A DNA stretch of 63,731 bases, the filler included, from Choristocarpus tenellus KU-1152 (lineage: Eukaryota > Protista > Phaeophyceae), in the NCBI GenBank assembly GCA_964200185.2. It is 6 parts of 6 records of this genome, joined end to end, with 100 filler letters (N's around TTAATTAATTAA, not from the genome) between each part and the next. Parts side by side here need not be neighbours in the genome. Positions count along the whole stretch, not along the records: positions 1 to 18,835 come from CAXNAD020000515.1; positions 18,936 to 34,688 come from CAXNAD020000934.1; 4 more parts are not named here. The stretch is one strand, 5' to 3'. The notes below the pieces were generated by a model. The model was not told the DNA's origin. It made no database searches and was given only the letters and a program-made list of their open reading frames with translations. Below, piece after piece: positions 14,501-26,700 of this stretch (the stretch's first letter is position 1; the number at the start of each line of letters is the position of its first letter). The translations under genes and the position numbers were made by a program.

Positions 14501-16916
14501 GCTATACAATACCCTGCAAACCCTTGCAGCAATTAGTGCAAACCAATTCTGAACACACAAAATTGGCACACTTACTGTTGAGAGCAGCATCCCCTGGAAA
14601 GTCTAGTATCTCAAATTGAGCAAATGAATTGTTGGCCACCACATTCACCTCCATGCTGGTTGTGGTTGGCTGCTCGCCCACCCATCCACAAACCATAAAA
14701 AAGTAAAGTGTTTGGACAGGAAGAGGAAGAATAGGAAGACTAGGTAAGCACAGACAGGTTGATTGAAAGGGTTCTAAGATTGCACAAGACAAGCCATCTG
14801 CATGCCTTCAATCTAGTTGCTCTACATCAACAAGCACCTTCAGTCACTCTTCAATTTGTAACATGGAACATCACATAACCATCATGTGTCTGGAATCACC
14901 ACAATGGAAATAAATTAAACTCTTCCATATATTGCTCCTTCTATCAGGATCTACATACCCTGATGTAGATTGCACTTACCCTGATCTATAATTGCCTCAC
15001 GTAGTATGGTCCATGTTTGACTACCCCAACCAACATGTCTCAAATTGGACCAAACTGGGTCATAGCATCCCCAGCACACAGAAAAATTCAGCTCTGGTTG
15101 TGGAGAGTCCATTCACATTGTACATCCATAGTGTTGATTATCATCATGCTTGTTGTTCCAGAATGTTTCAAAACGCTCCACAAGAAAGTAATGCAACAGC
15201 TCAGATATTGTAGCATTACAATTCCATGCTTGCCAATAAAGAGATAAAGGAAAAAGTGCATTCACACAGCAGTAAATAGCACAAAATAGAATAATTGAAA
15301 AGGGATAGAAATACAGTCAATTGCAATACTTAACCAAATATGGTTCATTGGGTATTACACTCTAAATGATGAGAATTGACCAATGGACTTGATGCAGCCA
15401 CAGTGGGACTTGCCAAGAGTGAAGGCAGACTCAGTGAAGTTGTGTGTTACTCATAATATTGTACATAGGGATGCACAGTAAATGTGCACTTGACCAGATC
15501 AGATCGGATCAGATCATATCATATTATATCATGTCAAATCATATCATATCGTTTCATATCATATCAGCAGGGAATGCAAACAACACACAAAAAGATAAAT
15601 CTGCAAATACCAACGCAATCTCCATGAAAGCACCCACAAAACAACACAGTACAGAAGATCAGATTGAGATCTTCCACCTACCAAGACAATTTTAGCTGGG
15701 ACAAATTGTGGCGATATAGCACTCATCGTATCGTTTTTCTTTCCAAAAAAAAATATATTACTGTTATCCTGTAGGTGTCAGCAATGACAGTGGTGATGCT
15801 GTGTCAGATCAATGATCATGTGATTACTTATTTACTTAAAGTATCAGGCAAGGGTTGAGGGTTGGCTGAATCTGGTGCTACAGTCTTTGATATATGATGT
15901 ACATCTTAAGAATGAGACCGCTAGATTGTGTGAAAAGAAACTTCTGCAAGAGGAAATGGAGATAAAAATCAGCACCAAAGCTGTAAGCATAGGACCCCGT
16001 AAAGATCACACAGCTGAATGAATGGCAATGAGAAAAGCAAGCAGAAGACTCCATAAAAACTAATAATAATAATATAATTCCTTACCAAAAAAACTGTCTC
16101 GTGCGGGGAAGTTTTGTCAAAAACCACCCTGTTGATTGAAGATTTCCCTGACCTGGGTCGAATTGGAGGGGTCAAGGCCAGGTCAGGACCTTTGATACTC
16201 AGACATGTCACTAAAACAAACAGCATTGCAAGGTGGTCATAGATAAGGGTAGCTCTTCCTGATCATACTTACCCCAATTGACAAGCACATCACAGTTAGG
16301 CAATGAAGAACATTCTTCCAAATATTCATGCAGTACTTCTACATTGGGTTTTCTACCTTAGACACAAACAGTAGCACATAGGTAGGATGACACAACTCAT
16401 GGAAGAACCCAACATCTTTGGGGAGGGGTACCTATCCTGTACTTGAAATTTGTACCAGGTCTACACTGTGCCAAACAATATTACTAGTGTAAAACACTGT
16501 AAGCATAATCATAACTTGGAAGTAGAGGCCTAAAATGATCTCTATGGATTCGAAAAACCATGTCAAGGCAGCCAGCCCAGCAGATGACACAGCAGATGAT
16601 ACTGAACACAGCAGAAGGTAACAGCTGGAGGTAAGAACTAAATGAAAATCTCAACAATAACAAAGGGAATTAGTTCAATATCATATCACGGTAGCAAAAG
16701 AGTAGGAGGAGAGAGATCTGTGGGGAAAAACTGTGGTGTTAGGCTCTAAATAATGCCAAGGGTAGTGGAATGCAAAGCCACACATGGCCATCAAGGATTA
16801 CCTAGACCGGCCCATAAGCAATATACGAGGCTTCTGCTCAGCTGGTTCCCCCATCCCGTCACTGTATTCTTCATCACCGACCTCATGTCCCGCATAACCC
16901 TGCATCATATCCTGAC
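5521..16916 (-). CDS. RRAGC: RagC/RagD (Gtr2)-family small GTPase, TORC1 amino-acid sensing; 10 recognisable exons, extreme ends unresolved
   Basis: Exons (minus): 16916-16802, 16152-16086, 14669-14576, 12668-12586, 12318-12220, 11313-11181, 10115-10024, 8594-8439, 7916-7822, 5644-5521, all GT-AG and phase-compatible. The spliced protein contains [128 protein letters not shown] and [10 protein letters not shown], which are hallmark RagC/D motifs. First ATG in the first recognised exon is at 16908; the stop-containing exon was not identified. Confidence 0.95.
13740..14001 (+). mobile_element. MITE-like element family A, copy 1 (about 260 bp)
   Basis: Termini gagcccaagtatcttagagggta ... taccctctaagatactttcactc. 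Subterminal inverted repeat tccatttgggg/ccccaaatgga and internal hairpin cattttacctactccaaaa-ta-ttttggagtagg(t)aaaatg. Flanked by TGT/TGT; lies in a RagC intron. Confidence 0.85.
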
Positions 16917-17199
16917 CTGTGCATGTAGGTGAGGGGGGGGGGTTAGCTACTGCTTCTTGTGCGGGGGAATGGAGCAGTCACAGGAAGGTGAGGACAGACA
17001 CAAGCAGTGCTAGTGCATACTTCGGTGGGGGGTATGGGGCATGGTGATCAAAGATGTCAAACTAGGTGCTTGAACACATTAGAATATTTCACATCAAATG
17101 CAAGGGCAGGCAACTAAAATATTTGGTAAGTCTCCCTCAAGATACACTAAAAATAAAATGCTCCTAGGACCGCATCAGTTGGGAATGGGTGTGGTGAAA

Positions 17200-18050
17200 T
17201 TAGATGTAGACTAGACCCAGCGTCGGTAGGCAGTTCCGTAGAAGAGCTGTCAGAACAGGAACCTAAGGGTTGAAGTAGAATCTCCAAGGTGCAGTCACTA
17301 GGGACAGAAAATCCGCAAATACAACACCATTACTTGAGTTCAGGACTCACCAAGAATGAAGCCCTACTTGAGTCATTGTCCTTGGGACTCATTCGAGAGT
17401 TCGGTTAATTAAACTTATCAAGATAGACGGTGCCCATGACATGAAAAGGGGTTAGCACGGACAACAAGTACTGGAGGGGGAAAGACTGAAGTATTAATTC
17501 TACTCCTTCCAGCAAGAAACTTGGCAAATTTAGAATACACACTATAACAAACAGCTGAGTGCATACCCGCCCTGTTTTCAGTCTCCGCACTTTCAAGAAC
17601 TAGCTCTAGGCCGGGTGTCCAGCAATAGTACTAGGTTGATCATGAACACCAACCATCTCTTATGGAGCTTCAACTTACCAAGGTCACACTTTACACCCAA
17701 ATGCCGAACGTATGATGGCTACATTCTTTCCTATATAAAGGTCAAGCGAGTCAAGAACCAACAACTTATTAATCGGGCAAGTCTCATGGTGTGCAAGCAA
17801 CAGGAACCCGTGGGTTTACACAGAGTTAGGTCAGGATGCACTCGGAAGTGATGTCCCACAACAGCAGAGATAAGAAAAAGAGTCAGTGCGGTAAAGTCGA
17901 TGGTTAACGAGGTGGACGCTTGACAGGGAAGTTCGAGACAAGAGAGTGTAGGAAAAGAGAGGGCACCGAAGCGTAAGGAAGTAAGGGGCAAAGAAATGAG
18001 AGGCGTGAAGGGCAACAGATTAACGGGCAGTGATATGCGGCAAGGGGGTT
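17200..18050 (-). mobile_element. Highly decayed Gypsy-like LTR retrotransposon integrase fragment
   Basis: Minus strand HDQPSTIAGHP (about 17645-17612, cf. integrase zinc-finger HDxPxAGHxG), followed by TPFHVMGTVYLDKFN/RTLE (about 17455-17392, cf. TPYHPQxNGxxERxNRTL). Interrupted by stops and deletions. Confidence 0.4.
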
Positions 18051-18835
18051 CAGTTATTCCCTTCTGTGGAATGCTTTAAAGCTCACCTGTGCCGTTCCAT
18101 GGACTATCCTCCATTTCGTATCAGCTCTTGCCTACTGAATGGCTGTGTTGTGCTGCTATAATTCAACTTTCCTTGTTGAATGTGAGAAGGTGCAATCCAC
18201 ACCCAAGTCGGTCCACAATCGTACAGGAAATCTATAATTGGAGGTGCACTCTTGGATTTACGTTCCCTATTATAATGCAGTAAGATAAGAATAGACAATG
18301 ATGTAAGAATTGGAAGTGGTGTTGTGAACTTCACAAGAATTTTCGGTTAAAACATAATCGGAAGAAAAAGTCGATTTAAAGTTACTACCTTCAATCAGAA
18401 AGTTCGTTAAATCCCCTATAAGGATATTGATGTACATGTATTATTGGTACTAACACATGTTTCAGATACATCCATAGTGCGTATCACTACAAAAAGTTAC
18501 ACTTTTAAGATGCATCATGCATTTCTACCTGAACAAACAAAGAAAATCAGATTGTTGGGATGCCTCCCTAGCTCCGCACCCCCCCCCTTCGTAGTGCTAA
18601 GTAGCTATGTTAGAATCGATTAACAGGAGTGTACATATGTTTCGAACATTCCAATTGATGTTGTATTGTTAGTTTTCAAAGAGATATATTTTTAAGAGAC
18701 GTATCTTTTACATTAACAACTGCTATTTCACACCAGTAGTTGTAATACATTTACATTATTATTGTTTTGACATTTTGTAGATGTGTGAGGGAAAATGCTC
18801 AACCAAATGGGTCAAAGTATGTGGGGGGGGGGTGG

Positions 18836-18936
18836 NNNNNNNNNNNNNNNNNNNNNNNNNNNNNNNNNNNNNNNNNNNNTTAATTAATTAANNNNNNNNN
18901 NNNNNNNNNNNNNNNNNNNNNNNNNNNNNNNNNNNA
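18836..18936. other. Artificial contig-joining linker (N-run + TTAATTAATTAA + N-run)
   Basis: The same N/TTAATTAATTAA/N cassette occurs five times; the 12-mer gives stop codons in all six frames. Confidence 0.95.
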
Positions 18937-19707
18937 GCAGGGGGGGGGGGGGGGGGGGGGGGGGGACAGAGAGGTAGAGGAGGGGGGTGGAGTTCATGAT
19001 GGTGAGGGCATTGGAGACAAGCACAAATCCATGTCTAGTGAGGAGAGTGAAATGGAGCAGTGGGAAAAAGATGAGGTGGATCTTCGTAGGACACGAGGTC
19101 AATATTACCATGCCCTCTGGAAGCATGCAGTGGAAATGGTGCTTTGGGTAAGGATGTGTAAATGTTGTGCACTCCCTCACTGCTACAAAAATAATAAAAT
19201 ATGTATTTGGTGGGTGTTGGACAAGGTGCAATTCGCAACATATGTTGCCTTGGTTCTTTGTGAGGGTGCGATGAAACAATTAAGGGGTCTTAAGGGTGAA
19301 GGCGAAGGGGAAGGGCGTTTAGGGGGGGCGGGACTTTTTGGTTATGGACTGGTTACTGTTGTCTTGTCTGTATTATATGGAGAAGGACCACAGTCACAGA
19401 ACTCGAGAGTGCTGCACATTCTGACTAGATGTCCGGAGATATTTTTGGTTTTGTTCTCCCTGTCCTTCATTATGTATTTTTGTTGTTGTGAATATATCTG
19501 TTCACACTTCTACTCCAGCGTTTTTGGTAGAGCATCTATGTTATTCCCTTGGACAGTTTCTTTGTTTAGGACTTTATCCTATTTTGTTATCTTGTCAAGT
19601 TCCTCTTCTACAAGGACTCGTTGGATGCAAAATATTACAGGTGATGTTGTAACAATATGTCCCTCCTTGCCCCCCTCTCCCCAACCGTTCTGTTTGACTC
19701 TTTCCAG

Positions 19708-22540
19708 GACCTACGCAGAGCTGTGCTTGACCTACAACAAGAGCAAGCTGAGATCTGCAGTTCTACATCAAGGCAGCAGGTAAGGTCCACATGTGAGCCC
19801 TAAATGGAAAGGATCAATGATAATAAACCCTGTGTTCCAACTGCAAGATATATTGACCGATCCCTTGACACTATGTTAGATAAAGAAGTTGCAGGTTCTA
19901 CATGATACAGACTCATCCTCCTGTTGGTTGACCTTTGATAAATTTAGATCAAACACAGTACACATAATTTAGTGCTCTATGATGTTGGCCTTGAGGGTTG
20001 GATACCTTGAGATCATGACGATAGATACCCTTGAGAAACAATGTCAAGACCTGGTAGTATTTGCTGGTGATGTGGCCAACTAGGAGCTGCAATATTTGTT
20101 TTCTTTTTTATATTTTTTTCCTAGAGTCGCTTTGACGTGACACACGTGAAAACATTTATGGGTGTAGAATTCTGAAAAGTATCTATGTATGAATGTATGT
20201 ATGTATGTATATGCAGACTCGGAATATGTGGTCTCAGGTGATCTCGTTGCATCTACTTAAAAATGGGGGATGGAAGAGTGAAAGTATCTTTTTACCCTGC
20301 TTGTCTATTTGGGGCTTGACTTCCCATGGCGTATTTTTATTACATTTTCCTACTCCATAATGTTTCGGAGTAGGTAAAATGTATATGTCAAGAAAAGGTG
20401 TGTCCGGAACAAGGATATTGACACTTCCCAACAAACATGATAGCCAAGATTACATCAAAATCGCAACATTGGATTTTGGCCCCCAAATGGACAAGGCCCT
20501 ACCCTCAAAGATACTTTGGCTCAGAATCTCTGTAAGAGCTTTTCTGTGTTCCAAGAACTACAATTTATACCTGAAAATCTACGTCAATTCACCTCCTCCA
20601 CCTTAAGTCTCACATAGCTACCCGCCCCCTTTCTTGTGTGAGGGTTCATACTACTGGGAAAAGGCGGGTGAAGGGAGCTCATCTAAGCAACACATGAGGG
20701 GTCGTCTATGGCGCCTGTGGTTTGGTCAGTGGGTATGTGCAGCCCGGTATATTGCTTGCCGTGAGCTCACACATGCCCACGTGGTGGTTGAAACCTCAGT
20801 AGATTCCAACGGCATGCGGCATGCGCGCTTGCATGAGAGTCTCTTCTTCCAACAGCAAAATGCTGTAAGTCACATCTTTGTTTTAATATTATTTCACATG
20901 ACACTATCAAATGGTATTGTATTGCAGCATCATAGTCACAAACAGTAACATGCTAAACTGTATGTGGTAGTATGTTGCCATCTTTGTTGAGGCAAAATGG
21001 GATGGTTTAAGAATTTTGAGTGGAGTTTCTTTTTTAATGCTGTACTCTAGAGTTCTCTATCTCCTCTCTTCGATCAAATTAGGAGATGTGATGTGATGCG
21101 ATGATACTAGTTTGAGTACTTTCTTGTTAAATGAAGTGGACGGTTGACTATCTCCTGAAGAAAGGAGTGGGAGGAATAAAGAGACGGGTGGGGTGGATCA
21201 TGTGTATTTATCACCGCATTATCAATTTCTGACCTGGAAAGAAGGAAAAATGAAGCAATTGTGGATACGACCATAACCTTGAGGGATGTTTGCAACCATC
21301 TCTTGGTCTCGGTTCAGTGAGACTGCAGACTGGCCAAGGATGTGTTGATACGGTATGGGAGGTGTGAGGGAAGTTAGGTAGAAGATGTCCAACTAACACT
21401 TTGAAACATGTTGTTAACCGGACAAAATAGTGACATACTGTGAAGGACATGGTGCCCCAAAATAGGCACTCCCATGCTCAGAGTCAAAGTATCTGGCGGG
21501 GGGGGTGGCGGCTGTCCATTTGGGATCAATTTCTTCATATCGCGATTTTTGGGTGATTTGATTCCATACGTCAGATGGATAATGTAAATGCACATTTCCT
21601 GATTTTGGTCAAATGGACACCCTGGTGTAGACCCCCCCCCAGATACTTTGGGTTTCACCCCTTCCCTGTCAAATAGAACTAATACATGCAGATTTCTACT
21701 CCGACCTGCTGACTGCCTGTCGCCACCCACTCATTTTTCTCCTCTTGCCCACATGCTGACCTCTGGTGGTGAATTAATTCATCAGGTAGAAAAGGATGTC
21801 AAGGTCGGCGCCAGCAGCAAAGATTATGATCAAAAGAGAAAGAGCAAGGGCAATGCCAACAGTAACACTACAAAATCCAAGGCTGAAACAGATGTGGAGA
21901 TTGTTAGTGTTGGCAGCACATTCACTACTCCTACTGGATCCACTCATGGAGTTGTTGCAAGAGCTAAGACCAGCAACAATGTAGCGTATGACACTGGTGA
22001 CCTTGAGACGGAAACTATTGAGCAGGTTGCTGTAGAGTCACAAGATCAGGGTGGAAGCGCCACAATGATGACTGCCCATGGTATTGAGGTAGGGAACAAG
22101 GACATTTCAGAAAGGGAAACACCCTCATATATGCTTAGAGCAATACAATCCATCGACAGTACGCAATCCTTCTCCACTCAGGCGGAAAAACCAATTTTGT
22201 TCCCTGAGCCAAACGGGGTGGCTCAGGTGACCGCTGCAGGGTCACCAGTTTGGATGCACTGCTGGAAGAGCAGGAGTGGGAAGGATCATGGCTGGGGCGG
22301 GGGGCAGGGGGGGAGTGGGGAGGTCAGGGAGGACGAGCCTGCAGGGGAAAACAAGAGGAACAGCTTGGGGGGAGGGAAGGGGGGCATTGTAAAGTCTGAG
22401 AAAGGAAAAGCCAGGTGTAGTGAGGCGTGTGAGGGGTAGGGGGAAAAGAGATGAGGAATGGGAAGGGGGGGGGGGGGGGGGGGGGGGGGTTTTTTATGGG
22501 GGTGGGGGGGGGGTGTCTCGTTGTGNNNNNNNNNNGAGGA

Positions 22541-22576
<36 letters not shown>

Positions 22577-23659
22577 GTTTGGATTATTATATGGGAGTTT
22601 GTTGCAGTATTCCTATTATGTGTACTATATAGGAATATAGTTGATGTAGGTGGGAGTATAGTTGCGCTGCAGTTGATAAGACATGCAAGTCTACACCCTG
22701 AAGAGATCTCGACCTCTTGTGTGGCCTTCTTGCAATGATATAGTGTTAACTATGCACCATGCCACAGCTTCCATACTACAATGGTACTCCATTACTACTC
22801 TGGGAGTACTACTACTGGAATTGGAACGGAATGAGATCCTACCTCTAGATCATGTCATCCACTGTAAAGTAGCGTTACTATGACTCAGAGCTCCACTTTG
22901 AAGAAAACCTTTTGGTTAATCCTGTTATCTGATGTTTTGTCAAGAGATGATTGAGTTGCAGCCCTCATCCTCCCCCTATCCCACACAGCTCCTTGCCCTT
23001 TCCCCCCTTGCTTTCATGCTGCTAATGGTGTCACCAACCACAACTGGTGATTCTGGACGTGTCTGTGTGTGGGTTGTATCTGCAATGCAAGGTACCTCAT
23101 GCCATTTGAGCTTCCTCACAAAGATGTGAGTATAGCATGGGATCTCATTAGCCGCAAGTGTCTGATATGGAAGAGTCAACTTGGGGGTGTAGATCGCGAG
23201 GAGGTGAGTGCCTGTGAGTGGGTTTGCTTCTGTACATTTATTACTTTTTGGATGCATGCATGTGTATGTGTGTGTGTGTGTATGTGTGTATGCGTGTGTG
23301 ACAAGTTGAAGGATAGGGGGCAATAGTTGGGGGGTGGAGGGGAGGTTAGATGTTCTGTTTTCATGCAATGAGTTCATTTTTTTGTCCTATCTGAGGTGCT
23401 GTACTTGTAGTACTTGATGTGATATTAGGACTTGAGTTTTGTACTTGTGGATCTGGAGTACTACCGTGGAACAAATGAGACTGTCTTGATTGATGAAGGT
23501 ATGGCATGACTGAGAAGGGTACAAGAACCAGCACTACAAACCGTGCTAGTTACTAGGGACAAAGGATGGTGAAGACTACCACTTCTCACCACTAAAATAC
23601 TGTAAACTGAGTGCAGTAATAGTACTCATTTCCACATTTACTCTACAGTACAACGGCAT

Positions 23660-23700
<41 letters not shown>

Positions 23701-26700
23701 TTCAAATTGGACAAATGGGGTATTCAAAATTGCTGGAAACCTAACACTAATCCCAACCTCCATACAAACTTTGAAATCGTAGGGTAAGTCTCTCTCTTTC
23801 ACCATGGAGCTTTTGGGGAGTATCGCCTCCTTGTGATCTGGAATACTCATTGATGGTCATACATTAACTTTGGAGATATTTTGTCTCGAAGGTGTTCTGC
23901 CACTTACCATCGATGAGTGCAAAGGCCACACACACACCCCACCCCTGTAGACATTTTTCTCGACCAATAATGGAATGTATCCACTCCAGACGGCACTAAA
24001 ACAAGAATTGATATGTGTTTGTACCTCTTGTTTGAATGGAATATTTTTTACTATCTATACATCAGCTTTTTGCCCTAGCCTTAAACCCATATCCAACAAT
24101 GATTAAAAATATCATACATAGAGAGTCACTCAAACACGAGTTGCTGACTCTACAGTATAAATACCATTTATCCCTTCCTCTTTTCCACATTTCCAAAACA
24201 CCTCAGGAGGAAGCGACTTTCAGGAACCTTTCTCCAAACGTTTTGCAGGTGATGCCAGGATGTCAGAGTGTGTAGTGTATGTCTGTGTGTGTTTGATTGT
24301 TCTCCTCACACAGTGTTAGGGTGATTCCTTGAGGTGTTTTGTGAACTCCTTTCTACTTGATATTGGCTTGTAAATGCATTCACCTCTTGGCAACACATGA
24401 CTCCTGTGTGGAGATGGGGGTTGGGAGGGGGTGAAGTGCCCATCCAAAGCTTTTTTCTAGTGTTGTGAATCATCACGATTGAATTGCTGTGATTGGATGA
24501 GATTGTCGTAAATTGAAACCGAAAATTGAGGGAATAATTTCGATCGATATGTTTTCCGTCAAGTGCACGTATTGCTGGTGGAGCTCAGTGCTTCACGTGC
24601 CTTCATAATCACATCTTGTTGGGAGAAAATCTTCTCACATATTACTTCATTGTGAGGAATATTGCAGATCCAGCTTAGTTTCCATCGAAGGGTGCGAAAT
24701 AATAGTATCATTGCCGTGCTTACTCATTTTTTCTTTAGCATGTGTGTTTGGAAACGATTCTATAACGTGTTTTACTCTTCCACCTCCTGTTCCAGTCTTC
24801 TTAGATGTGAATATCCAAGATTTTAAGTATGTGCTTTGAAGTAGCTTGTAATCCCAACCAAATAAGTGCTTCTTGTGGAACTTACTGTCTGGCATTTCAC
24901 CACCCCCGCCTCCCCATTTCTGCCCCCATCCTTTACTCAATTAACCCACCTACCAACCAGCCCATCCCCCCCAATGATTGCAAAAGGCGCTGTGGTCAAT
25001 CCAACTTCAGATGGAGGCATACCTCCCTCGGAGACTTTGTGCACGCTGCAGGACCATGGCCTGCTCACGCATGGCCTGGGCAAGGCGAATGGATAAACTT
25101 CGCCAACATCGAGAAAACAAACAGCGCCGCCTCGGACTGGGAGACACCAGGCCGAGTTTAAGAGGAGGTGCATGGGGTGGGGGAGATGGGCTCAGTGATA
25201 CCATCGTGGGTAAAGGAGGGGGTAGAGATTATCAACGATTTATTCCTGATTTGAATAATACTATATTGGGATGGGGTGAGTGGAGTGCAGAGGAAAACAT
25301 TTGTACCTTGGGTGAGGGTATTGATGACAAGGAGGATGGTGTTGTTGGTGGAAGTGAGGGGGGGCACAGAGGTGGAGGTCATGGGAGTGCAGAAAGGGGA
25401 ACCTCTCCTGGGGAGAAGGATGTGAAAAGCGATGGGGAGGGGATCAGTAGTGTCAATACTTCTCTCCCAACGCCTGGTACCAACGTTGGTATCATGGTTT
25501 TGCCAAAAGGAAACACAACTGGGGTTCCCATTAGGAAGGAAGTATCAGGAGGGATAGTTGGGGCAGTTAGCAGTGGGGATGTGGCCACTGCTCTAAGTGA
25601 TACAGAGGAAGTTGTTGCAAGTGTAGGCAGCAGAGGACCTGCAATGGCAACTGGAGATGGAGGGAGTGGTGGTAGGGGAGATGTGGACTGGGTGGGTACA
25701 TTGCTGGTTAGAGTGGATCAACTTCAGGGAGTGGAAAATAGGGGTAGCATTTTCTCATTTACTCCGGACGTGGTAGCTACCCTGACTTTGGATGAGAGTA
25801 GCTGCTGTGTAGAGGAAGCAGACACTGTACGTTCAAAGGTGAGAGATTACACTTGTCTTGACAGGGTGCAGTGCAGGATTATGAGGTTGGAGTCGGACGG
25901 GAATTGATGGGAACAGTGCTCTCCCTATGATGGCAATGCCCATAGAGCTGTCCTTCATCTACGCCAGCAGTGGGAAATTTTAAAATCATTCAACTGGTCG
26001 CCATACGAGCCCTCAAATAGTACACCTCCACCTCTCCCTGCACCCCCAACTCTTCAACCTGTGACTGATTATTTTGAACCATATTGTTTCAATACTATCG
26101 CTGCAGGTAAACAAATGAAAACCTCAAATTTACACCTAAACCTAACGGTGTGGGTGTGACCCCCCAGACCCCCTCTCCCCTCCACACCCCTCTCACGAAT
26201 GCTTCCTGTTTCTCTTTTTTAGTTCTGCGACCATACCCCATGTTATACAGGTTGCTGAGTATCGAGAGGATGATAAGGGAAACAGTGCCTACCACTGGGG
26301 ACAGACTTTCCGACTTCAGGTGAGAGTCAGCTCTGCGCCCCTACACAAACCCAACATGCACAACAACAACGGTTCGTGTATCCACGCATTGTGCTTTGTA
26401 TAGTAGACCCGTAGTATAGTAGACCCATAGTATCAAAGAATGGGAGTCACGCATCCATTCAGGACCTATTAGTGTATTTTGGTTCGTCCTCTTTCCTTGT
26501 TGGCAAAGAGTGAAAGCATCTTAGAGGGTACGAGTTTTGCCCTTTTTGTCCATTCGTGGCTTGGCTTCCCATGTTTTTTTATCACATTTTCCAACTCCAA
26601 AATGTTTCGAAGCAGGTGAAATGTGTAAGTCATGAAAAGGTGTGTTCGGAACAAGGATATTGACACTTCCTAATTAACACAATAACCAAAATTACATCAA

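Noticed and set aside
18880-18891. Recurrent TTAATTAATTAA motif as a biological site
   Set aside because: It always sits in the middle of a fixed-length N-run, so it is an assembly spacer with six-frame stops.
19031-19783. 250-aa ORF read as a membrane protein
   Set aside because: It is mostly T/G-rich intron-like sequence, and the plausible exon (19708-19779) is in a different frame.
19831-19872. CVPTA-DILTDPLT, like the Copia RNase H C-terminus
   Set aside because: It needs a frameshift and is too short to support a call.
22420-22738. Gly-rich ORFs and G-quadruplex tracts
   Set aside because: They derive from poly-G runs next to N gaps (also about 18940, 43950 and 59930) whose lengths are unreliable.
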